Part shown: positions 19,899 to 28,106 of the stretch, in pieces
Position numbering within the stretch: position 1 is the stretch's first letter
How the letters are laid out: every line of letters begins with the position of its first letter
Source: Oligoflexales bacterium
Lineage (GTDB): Bacteria > Bdellovibrionota_B > Oligoflexia > Oligoflexales > CAIYRB01
Assembly (NCBI GenBank): GCA_041736175.1
Contig: JBGSUI010000056.1
Coordinates: 94,347-158,346 of the forward strand
Direction of reading: 5' to 3'
DNA: 64,000 nucleotides
Program-made: the position numbers and the translations under genes
Notes under the pieces: model-generated
Told to the model about the DNA's origin: nothing
Databases searched by the model: none
The model's input: the letters and a program-made list of their open reading frames with translations, nothing else

Positions 19899-20777
19899 TC
19901 AAAAGTTGATTGCTTCAGTGGAGAGAATATTCAAGACGATACTGATAGCTCGTTGTAGCGCAGCGGAAAGCTCGGCAGCTTTAGGGGACAGACTTGGAAA
20001 ACCCCGCTGGTGACGACCGCTCTCCATGGGATCTACGAGGTAGAGGTCTTGGGACATTTCGAGCTGAATAGTATGAATCCCCTGTTTAGGACTGGCGAAG
20101 TGTTTAGTCAAATATCCGCCTTTATATGGATTATTGACGACAGTCTGGTAGGTGCTTGCCAGACTTTTGTAGACCGCATCGGTGATCAGGGGGTGGCAGC
20201 TGGTTCCGTCACGGTCACCGATCATGATGTCAGGAAGGGGAGACCTTTGGTTGCTTTTAAGGCCGGCAAACCGACTGATGGAGTGGGCTTCCCAAAGGAG
20301 CACGTGGGGATGGACCTTGCGTAATTCTGTGATGAGCGAGTTTATCTTTTCATGGTACGGCCAGTAGAAGTCTTGTAGCCGCGTCTCCTTGCCGAGAACC
20401 CGCAGCGACTCCCCGTGGTCCAATGTGAGCGGCGCTCCCCCAAAAGTAGTGACGGGAATTAGGCCTGTCTCGGTGCGTCCGTCTTGGTAGAGGGGACGGT
20501 CGTTAGGATCTCGGTTAAGGTCGATCACATAGCGGCTCCACCGGGCGGTGATCAGCGGGGCGCCGAGGCCTGGGACAAAGGAGTAAATCTGATCCACATA
20601 CCAGTCAGTATCGGGGAGTTCCCTGAGAATCCCAGGGTAGAAGGACGGTACTAGAGCTGCTGGAATCTCGGTCCCCACATGGGGACAGCTTACAATCAGG
20701 GGAACTTTTAGGGAAAGCGGCTTGGATAGAAAAACGAGAGGAGTCCCCGCCTGGGAATCGTCGATGTTATAGGTCAT
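19899..20777 (-). CDS. hutG: N-formylglutamate amidohydrolase
   Basis: SCPHVG, DTDWYVDQIY, SRYVIDLNR, YWPYH, EAHSI, NNPYKGGYLT and IQLEM. Confidence 0.93.
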   Translation of the reverse strand: MTYNIDDSQAGTPLVFLSKPLSLKVPLIVSCPHVGTEIPAALVPSFYPGILRELPDTDWYVDQIYSFVPGLGAPLITARWSRYVIDLNRDPNDRPLYQDGRTETGLIPVTTFGGAPLTLDHGESLRVLGKETRLQDFYWPYHEKINSLITELRKVHPHVLLWEAHSISRFAGLKSNQRSPLPDIMIGDRDGTSCHPLITDAVYKSLASTYQTVVNNPYKGGYLTKHFASPKQGIHTIQLEMSQDLYLVDPMESGRHQRGFPSLSPKAAELSAALQRAISIVLNILSTEAINF

Positions 20778-20899
20778 AAGCGCCGGGAGCCTCCTTCGCG
20801 ATGAGATCGCTGTAGCATATCACCTCAGCTTTGCTATGAAATCCAGAAAAGGTAAGCAATGCTTAAAAAAACTTCTGGGTTTTTGCATTAAAAGGATGA

Positions 20900-21550
20900 A
20901 TGATTGCTAGATTTTCAGCACAATGGAGCCAAAGTGTGCAAGGGACCATGTCATCACTTAGGAGTATGCCAATGACTTTTGTAAAACCCATGATCATGCG
21001 GGGGACCTTAGGATTGATACTATGGACCAGCGTGGCGTCAGCTTCTGATATCCCCGTGCTCTCACTTAATCTATGTACCCTTCACTACTCGCGCATAGCC
21101 TACGATCGGCCTGTGAAAAATGTGATGGCCCATGCGGGGATCCTTAAAGAGTGCGCCCACAATCTAGCGGCGAACGCATACTGGACCGATATCCATGACG
21201 TTAACCTTAAGACAGACGGCGATCTCGACCACTTTGCCGAAAAGATTCTCCTTAAAGACAGGTCCAGCACTTACCAAGCCTGCAAGACTTCACCTGTCGT
21301 CCAGTTTTGGGTCACCTTTGAGGATGGCTCGGTTAAAATCGAAGAGCCGGTCTTAATGAAAATCGATAGTACCCACACGGTCGATTCCGAAACGGGAAGT
21401 CCCGAGGCACGCAAGATTGTCTTGGACTATGGCCGTTCCGACCTCAATGCCGTCTCGAGTGTCCGCTGTGCCAATTTAAACTCCTATGGGGATATCGCCT
21501 ATCGGTTTGTAAGTGCCGTTGATCCGTCCTTATTTCCAGATATGTTTTGA
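20900..21550 (+). CDS. Hypothetical secreted protein
   Basis: 216-aa ORF with an internal signal-peptide-like segment (MRGTLGLILWTSVASA). True start is probably downstream of 20900. Confidence 0.6.
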   Translation: MIARFSAQWSQSVQGTMSSLRSMPMTFVKPMIMRGTLGLILWTSVASASDIPVLSLNLCTLHYSRIAYDRPVKNVMAHAGILKECAHNLAANAYWTDIHDVNLKTDGDLDHFAEKILLKDRSSTYQACKTSPVVQFWVTFEDGSVKIEEPVLMKIDSTHTVDSETGSPEARKIVLDYGRSDLNAVSSVRCANLNSYGDIAYRFVSAVDPSLFPDMF

Positions 21551-21648
21551 TTTTATGGAGGCATGGTTCGCTTATAGTTTTCTTAAGACACTTGTGAGAG
21601 ACTTTTACTACGTACTTCAGTGGGAGTTGGCCAAAGGATTCTTAGAAA

Positions 21649-21966
21649 ATGTTAGCTGAATGCTCCAATCCTAAAAGTGCTCACCATTGGCTACCGCTGG
21701 TGGTTTTTCTTGGGTGGGCCTTGGTTTTTGTCCATGGCTTTCATCAAACACGGACAGTTTCCGACTTCCTGAAAACCACTGACCCTATGGCAGAAGGGGC
21801 GGAGTCTGAATCAGACCAGGCAGATCCGCTGTTTACTAGCGACCAGATTTGGCTACAAAAGTTCATTCAAGCTCCTGTCATTGTCCATGCCGTCCTTAAG
21901 CTATTAGAACTTGATTGGTTTCAGTCTACCCCCCTATTTATCCGCTTGCATTCCCTCTTGCTCTGA
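21649..21966 (+). CDS. Small membrane-anchored ORF upstream of the SulP/DAB operon (possible leader peptide)
   Basis: One TM segment, acidic linker (EGAESESD), hydrophobic C-terminus PLFIRLHSLLL. Confidence 0.5.
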   Translation: MLAECSNPKSAHHWLPLVVFLGWALVFVHGFHQTRTVSDFLKTTDPMAEGAESESDQADPLFTSDQIWLQKFIQAPVIVHAVLKLLELDWFQSTPLFIRLHSLLL

Positions 21967-22116
21967 TCTCCCAAGTGCGCCATCTACAGTGTTGACAATT
22001 AAAGAGAGCCCCGACTTGGTACCAGCCCTGTACCTCTAGGAAAGAGGGAGGGATTCCAAATCAGGAGGGCATTTGCATTAAATAGCGCGATCACTGATTC
22101 AAGAGGACACACTTCC

Positions 22117-23475
22117 ATGGACGACCGTCCCCAAAAGTCTCTCACTGACCATTCTCGAGGCTTCCTGGGAGCCTTTAAGTTTCCAAAGATTGATTTTCAC
22201 CCAGCAGACCTGATGGCCAGTGCTGTGGTGTTTATCATCGCGGTTCCCCTGTCCCTGGGGATTGCTTCGGCCTCGGGTATGCCGGCGACCTCCGCGTTGG
22301 TTGCGGCCATCGTCGGAGGGCTTGTGGTAGGACTCCTCTCCGGAGCCCCCCTTGTCGTCAGTGGTCCGGCCGCAGGCTTGACGTCCATGGTCTTGGGATT
22401 CACCCTGACCTATGGGGTGCAGTCCATCGCCAAGATCACAATCATCGCTGGTTTTTTTCAACTGATCTTCGGTGGCCTCAAGTTAGGCCGACTGATCGCC
22501 AAAATCCCTCGCAGTGTCTTGGAAGGAGTGTTAAGTGCTATCGGTGTGACGATCCTTCTTGGCCAGCTCCATATCATGTTTGGCCAAACAATACCTGGAG
22601 GGCCGATTGCGAGTTTTTTAGGTCTTAAGCATTCCTTCTCCCAGGCCCTTTATGGGGCTTCGAGTCATCCTTTCCCCTGGTCCGCAGCCCTGACCTGTGG
22701 GGTTCTAGGCCTTGGGATCCAGTTGGCTTGGCCTCGGTTACTGCCCCAATTAAAATGGCTCCCGGCAGCTCTCCCGGCGACGCTGCTGGTGACCCTCGCG
22801 GCGCTGGGCTGGAGTCTACCGCGGGTACAGCTTGCAGATCTTGGACCCCATATCCAGGGCGCTATTAAAAACACCATGGATGGTGCGAGTTTTTTTGGAC
22901 AAATGGCTCATCTTTGGCTCCCGAGTTTGGGTCTGGCGATCGTGGCCAGCGCCGAATCTCTTTTGACTGCGCGAGCCATTGACGTCTTAGCAACTAAGCG
23001 CAGTCTCACCCAGAACACCCAGCTGGATCGGGAGCTTGTAGCCCAAGGCACCGGCAACTTAATCTCCGGTGCCCTCGGTGGACTGCCCATGACCGGGGTC
23101 ATGGTGCGCAGTGCCGCCAACCTTGCAGCCGGAGCGCGCTCGCGATGGTCCACGATTCTCCATGGCCTCCTGGTCGCTCTCGCCGTGGTGTTTTTTGCGT
23201 CGATTCTCGAAAAGATCCCTTTAGCGGTTTTAGCCTCGATTTTGGTGCTGACGGGCCTTAAGCTTTTAAACCTTCCCTCTATGCTCCATGAACTGAAACA
23301 GGATCCTGTCCAAGCCTGGATTTGGCCCATGACCCTGGTTTCCGTCCTCGCCACGGATCTCTTGGTGGGGCTTGGCATCGGGCTGGCCGTGGCCATGGTC
23401 CAGAGTCTCTTCCTTAAAAAGTATGCCAAAAAAATCGAATCAGGGAAAATTCCCGCGGCTGAGGTCAACCCATGA
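22117..23475 (+). CDS. SulP/SLC26 family anion (probably bicarbonate) transporter without STAS
   Basis: AVPLSLGIA.ASG, VSGPAAGL, ESLLTA.AID, RELVAQG.GN and GGLPMTGVMVRS.AN. Protein ends right after the TM core. Confidence 0.9.
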   Translation: MDDRPQKSLTDHSRGFLGAFKFPKIDFHPADLMASAVVFIIAVPLSLGIASASGMPATSALVAAIVGGLVVGLLSGAPLVVSGPAAGLTSMVLGFTLTYGVQSIAKITIIAGFFQLIFGGLKLGRLIAKIPRSVLEGVLSAIGVTILLGQLHIMFGQTIPGGPIASFLGLKHSFSQALYGASSHPFPWSAALTCGVLGLGIQLAWPRLLPQLKWLPAALPATLLVTLAALGWSLPRVQLADLGPHIQGAIKNTMDGASFFGQMAHLWLPSLGLAIVASAESLLTARAIDVLATKRSLTQNTQLDRELVAQGTGNLISGALGGLPMTGVMVRSAANLAAGARSRWSTILHGLLVALAVVFFASILEKIPLAVLASILVLTGLKLLNLPSMLHELKQDPVQAWIWPMTLVSVLATDLLVGLGIGLAVAMVQSLFLKKYAKKIESGKIPAAEVNP

Positions 23476-26129
23476 GCCCCCAAGGAATCTCTGGCCCCCC
23501 AATCGATAGAATCAATAGAATCGAGGGAATCGTCCAACAGGTGGTCCGCAAGTTGCCCCAGCAGAATCCCCTAAACTTTTTTTTGCACAACAACCTCCTT
23601 GCTGCCTTTGAAGTCGAGCCTTTTTGGCAGGGCGTAAGGCAAGCAGCAGCTCTCTATGGGGGGCGACCTGTCAAAGATATCACCTGGTATTTTTCTAAAT
23701 GGAATGGCGGAAAAATTGCCGAAGCCGCCTTAGATGATAGCCTGCAGCGTCTTGTGGTGCGCCTAAAAGGTGCAGAAGACGCCAAAGAGCTGGGCCTCTT
23801 TCTCAAGCCCCTGATGACCCTAGGACCCCGGAGTCCCCTAGAAAACCTCCTTTGGAGGAGCGGTCACAGCAGCCCTTTCCTAACGGGATGCCTCAAGCGA
23901 GCCACCGACCAACCCCAGGCCGTGGAGTGGCCCCTAGAGGTCTTTGAGTGGTTGTGTCGCCTCCTCGAAACCCATCTCGACCAAGGTCTAGCCCCTTGGC
24001 ATCCAGAACCCATGGGACTCTTGGCCCTTGCCCTCGATTTTTTGCATCCGTTACAGATCTTGCGTAAATCCTGGGAAAAAGACCTCTACCAAAGATTGAA
24101 ACCTTTGATCAAGGACCCCATACAGTCTCCAAAAGGCTACTTGGAGCAAACGATCCAAAATTCACAACTTAACGATCAATCCTGGGAGACGATTTTTCTA
24201 AAGCTATGTTTCTCTCTCCGTGGCTGGTCGGGAATGGTGGCAAAAACCCAGACAGAGCCTGCTTTTTTTACAAAGGTTCCACCCTCGGACGTGGTTGAGC
24301 TGATTGTCCTTTTGCAGATCCTTGGAGAGATCTTAGGGATTTCTTTTGCCGAAGACCTAGAGCCGCCCCTTTCCCAGAGCCAGTCCCAGTGGTTAGAAAA
24401 TCAGTCCTGGACAACTCTTAAGCCACAGCGGGCGCAGATGCTTAGGACAATGGACCCTGTCGTTACGGCCATGGTCTGGCATGAGGCCTTTGAGCTGACC
24501 CATTATGGGGCCTTGGTGCAAAAGTTCCAGCAGCCCTGTACTCAGCTTAACTCCCAAAAATCATCAGCCGGGGACACAGGGAGCCCTGACTACCAGGTTC
24601 TGGTTTGTATGGATGATCGTCAGGAGTCCCTCCGGCGCCATCTAGAGGATGCCGTCCCAAATGTGGTGACCTATGGAGTCTTAGGGCATTTTGGGATCGA
24701 TATGAGTGTGGTTCCAGCCCACCATCCCCGCCCTCGCCAGCACTGTCCCCCCGTTATGAAACCTAGACGATCTCTTATCGAAGAGCGCCCTGGAGGCGAA
24801 GGGGGGGTAAGAGGTCCGTTGATACAAAAATTTTCTGCCCGCCATTTTCACTCCTCAAAAACCGCATGGGGTGGAGCTGCAAGCTCCCTTATTCTAGGAA
24901 ACGCGGCTCTTATGCCGCTCTTTTTAAAATTTGTGACTCCACAGCTGCTCCATCGTGTCCATTTTAAATGGTCTAAGCAGATCATGAAGAAACCAAACCT
25001 AAAGCGCCCTGCCCTGCGCCTTGACCGCTACGAACACCGGGTTTACGGACCTTGCGGGTATGACCATGCTGAGCAGGCTGAGATTGTCGCGAGTCTCCTA
25101 AGCCAATCCGGGCTCCGGCGCGGACCTTTCGCAGATCTGATCATCGCCATGGGACATGAGTCGACTGGCACCAACAACCCCTATATCCAAGCCTATGGCT
25201 GTGGTGCCTGTTCGGGCAACTCAGGCTCTCCAAATAGCCGGGCATTTGCTAAGATGCTAAACGATCCCCTCACACGCCTAGAACTCACAAAGCTAGGGAT
25301 TTTACTCCCCAACGACACCCGGTGTGTGGCCGCAGTCCACGATACCTCCCGGGAAATGATCGAAACCTTTGAAGATGAGGCCGAGCTGGCCCCAAGACAC
25401 CTCCAAAAACTAACCCAACTTAAGGGTTTTTTCCTTAAGGCTCTCGAACAAAATGCCCGGGAACGTGCGCCCCTGCTCAAAATAAAACAATCGGAAAACA
25501 TCCTTAAAAAAATGGCCGATCGCCCCCTTGATCTAGCCCAGATTCGTCCTGAATATGGCCACTCAAGGACCCATTTTGCGTTTTTTGGCAAGCGGCGGAC
25601 GACCCAAAATAGGACGTTGGAGCGCCGCTGTTTTTTGGTCTCCTACGATGAAGATCAGGACGAGGGAGGGCAAACCCTAAGGGAGCTGCTCCACGGAGCC
25701 CTGCCTGTTGTGGCCAATATAACCCTCGACTATTTTTTTTCGTCCCTAGACTCACGCGGATTTGGAAGCAGTAATAAAGTCCCCCTCAATGTGTCGGCCA
25801 TGCTTGGAGTGATCCAAGGCTCTAGGGGCGATCTTCAGGTGGGCATGGCAGAGCAGATGGTGGAGATCCACGAGCCTATCCGGGCTTTTGCCTTGATCGA
25901 AGCTCCCCAAGACTGGATTTTAAAAGCGATCAAGAGCCATAAACGACTGACACATCTGGTTGATAACCAGTGGCTTAGGGTGGGGCACTTTGATTCCAGG
26001 ACCCAAAAGGTCAGCCATCTCGAAGGGGACCTTTGGCGCGACTTTGAGGGGAGTCAGAGTTATCCGGATTTTAGCAGTCTTTATGGAAACGATCTCAAAA
26101 CCAACAAGGACCCAAAACGTGTTTTTTGA
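23472..26129 (+). CDS. dabA: DabA (DUF2309/UPF0753) beta-carbonic-anhydrase-like subunit of an inorganic carbon pump
   Basis: LP.Q.PL..F.HNN.L.AFE, GWSG, CMDDRQESLRRHLE (Cys/Asp ligands), GHES...NNP...AYGCGACSG (His/Cys ligands), RPEYGH, VEIHEP.R. Confidence 0.9.
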   Translation: MSPQGISGPPIDRINRIEGIVQQVVRKLPQQNPLNFFLHNNLLAAFEVEPFWQGVRQAAALYGGRPVKDITWYFSKWNGGKIAEAALDDSLQRLVVRLKGAEDAKELGLFLKPLMTLGPRSPLENLLWRSGHSSPFLTGCLKRATDQPQAVEWPLEVFEWLCRLLETHLDQGLAPWHPEPMGLLALALDFLHPLQILRKSWEKDLYQRLKPLIKDPIQSPKGYLEQTIQNSQLNDQSWETIFLKLCFSLRGWSGMVAKTQTEPAFFTKVPPSDVVELIVLLQILGEILGISFAEDLEPPLSQSQSQWLENQSWTTLKPQRAQMLRTMDPVVTAMVWHEAFELTHYGALVQKFQQPCTQLNSQKSSAGDTGSPDYQVLVCMDDRQESLRRHLEDAVPNVVTYGVLGHFGIDMSVVPAHHPRPRQHCPPVMKPRRSLIEERPGGEGGVRGPLIQKFSARHFHSSKTAWGGAASSLILGNAALMPLFLKFVTPQLLHRVHFKWSKQIMKKPNLKRPALRLDRYEHRVYGPCGYDHAEQAEIVASLLSQSGLRRGPFADLIIAMGHESTGTNNPYIQAYGCGACSGNSGSPNSRAFAKMLNDPLTRLELTKLGILLPNDTRCVAAVHDTSREMIETFEDEAELAPRHLQKLTQLKGFFLKALEQNARERAPLLKIKQSENILKKMADRPLDLAQIRPEYGHSRTHFAFFGKRRTTQNRTLERRCFLVSYDEDQDEGGQTLRELLHGALPVVANITLDYFFSSLDSRGFGSSNKVPLNVSAMLGVIQGSRGDLQVGMAEQMVEIHEPIRAFALIEAPQDWILKAIKSHKRLTHLVDNQWLRVGHFDSRTQKVSHLEGDLWRDFEGSQSYPDFSSLYGNDLKTNKDPKRVF

Positions 26130-28104
26130 TCAGCCTTCGTCACCACTATTTTGTTTATGGTTGACCAGCCTTCTTGCTACCGTCGGGCTGGGGGCGGCGA
26201 CTCTGGTGGGCATTAAGCTTCCCGAGAGTTACTGTCGCCTATTGGTCAAAGGGACAACTCTCTTAGGATTGATCCTTGCCCTTCTGTCGCTTCTCTTGCA
26301 AGCATTGCCTTTAGGTTTAGAGACAGCGCGGGTCACGATTCCCTGGATGCGGACATCCCTCCTATCGATGGATGTGGTTTTAACTGCGGATCTCTATGGG
26401 TGGACCTATCTTGCGGTGGCCCATGTGGTCTTAGGGGCCATAGGTAGGTTTTCCGCGATCTATCTGGAAAATACCCAAGGGTACCAAAAATTTATGGTCC
26501 TCCTCCTAGCCCTGCAGTGGGGTGTGATCAGCGTCATCACCAGCGACCGCTTTGAGCTGCTGATGATGGGGTGGGAGGTTGTGGGTCTTGGCTCCGTACT
26601 GCTGATTGGGTTTATCCAAGACAACCGGTTTTCCGGGTCAGGAAGCTTCACGGCGTTTGTCTCCTACAAGTTAGGCGACATAGGACTCCTGATCGCTGGA
26701 GTCATGATGCATCACTTAAGCCCCAGCGGACTGATCAGCGAAATCCACCATATCCCCAGCGAGGCCCCTCTGCTTTTTGTGTTTGGTGCGGCCATTATCT
26801 TAGGGAGTCTGGCAAAAGGCAGCCAGTTTCCTTTTGTGACCTGGCTCCCCCGAGCGATGGAAGGCCCGACGCCTTCCAGTGCTGCTTTTTATGGTGCTCT
26901 ATCCGTTCATTTGGGTCCGATGTTGCTAATTAAACTACACCAGGTTTGGTCATGGTCCCCTGAACTCTCGCTGTTCGTGGGTCTTATAGGGGTGTCCACC
27001 ATGGCCTTTGGCCTTAGCACTGGACGCACGGTGGCCAACTATAAGGTCCAGCTAGCCTATGGGATTATGGTCCAAATCGGTTTGATCTTTGTGGAGATTG
27101 CACTTGGTTGGTATTCCTTGGCCATGCTGCATATCTGTGGACATGCTGGATTGCGCACCGCGCAGTTTTTGCGGAGTGGATCCCTCCTGGGTGATTTTGG
27201 CGAAAATCCAGCTTTTTTGGCCCTAGGGTCGTGGGGTCGTCGAACCAGGGCTTTGGTTCCATCCCAAGCTTTAAACCAAAGAATAGCTTATGAAAAACCC
27301 AGTGGATCGATAACTTGGTCAAAGACTTTACAGCATTTTCACGCACTGGCATGGAATGAGTTTATGGTCCACCGGCTGGGAACGGACTTATTAGGGGCAC
27401 CTTCTGTGGGTTTGTCCCGCTGGATGCACCGCTTGGTTGGATTCCCCCTGATCATAGGGGTTCTTGGAATGATGGTCCTTGGGATGATGGTCATCCTGGG
27501 ACTTCCTACCCTACCTACATTACTTATCCTTGGCTTGGCGGCTCTTGCCGCTATCTTATCCTTCGAAGCACCCCGACTATCCCAGAGGTTTATCCTGGTC
27601 GGATGCGCCCATGGGCTGCTTCTCTTGGTATGCCAATCCATGGGCTTGCTGTCCCAAAGCAATCTCCTTGTCGTCAATGGTGTCTTAACAGGACTGATGG
27701 TGCTTGCTGCCCTTGGGGTCGTCCGCGATATTGAGACTCGGGCAGGTTTCCAGGTGAAGTCCGGTCAGGTAAAAGGGCTTGCGATGTCCTTTCCCCATCA
27801 CGGGTCGGCGATTTTAGCAATGAGCATCACCCTGGGGATCGCTCCTGGGTCACTGCTTTTTATGATGGAAGATGTTCTCCTGGAACGGATTCTTCTTTAT
27901 GGACCATGGGCTTTTGCGATGGTTTTGATTCTATCCGTTTTATTGGCCTGCTCCCTCTACAGGTCCTATACCCAATTTTTTATGGGCTATGACCGTCGGT
28001 GGATCAACCCTCCTCCGGTAAAAGCAAACATTGCGGTGTTTTGGGCCATGTTCTTGGTCTTGTTATCGATTATCCTGTCAGTTTTTCCCCAAGGTGTTTT
28101 GTAG
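26083..28104 (+). CDS. dabB: DabB (NuoL/ND5-like proton-conducting membrane subunit) with an extra C-terminal membrane domain
   Basis: GWEVVGLGSVLLIGF, YKLGD.GL and KGSQFPF.TWLPRAMEGPTPSSA.FYG. Start set to ATG 26083, overlapping the dabA end. Confidence 0.85.
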   Translation: METISKPTRTQNVFFDQPSSPLFCLWLTSLLATVGLGAATLVGIKLPESYCRLLVKGTTLLGLILALLSLLLQALPLGLETARVTIPWMRTSLLSMDVVLTADLYGWTYLAVAHVVLGAIGRFSAIYLENTQGYQKFMVLLLALQWGVISVITSDRFELLMMGWEVVGLGSVLLIGFIQDNRFSGSGSFTAFVSYKLGDIGLLIAGVMMHHLSPSGLISEIHHIPSEAPLLFVFGAAIILGSLAKGSQFPFVTWLPRAMEGPTPSSAAFYGALSVHLGPMLLIKLHQVWSWSPELSLFVGLIGVSTMAFGLSTGRTVANYKVQLAYGIMVQIGLIFVEIALGWYSLAMLHICGHAGLRTAQFLRSGSLLGDFGENPAFLALGSWGRRTRALVPSQALNQRIAYEKPSGSITWSKTLQHFHALAWNEFMVHRLGTDLLGAPSVGLSRWMHRLVGFPLIIGVLGMMVLGMMVILGLPTLPTLLILGLAALAAILSFEAPRLSQRFILVGCAHGLLLLVCQSMGLLSQSNLLVVNGVLTGLMVLAALGVVRDIETRAGFQVKSGQVKGLAMSFPHHGSAILAMSITLGIAPGSLLFMMEDVLLERILLYGPWAFAMVLILSVLLACSLYRSYTQFFMGYDRRWINPPPVKANIAVFWAMFLVLLSIILSVFPQGVL

Positions 28105-28106
28105 AG

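Noticed and set aside
22908..23537. 209-aa antisense ORF, and similar antisense ORFs across the window
   Set aside because: Lies opposite well-supported genes and has no motifs of its own.
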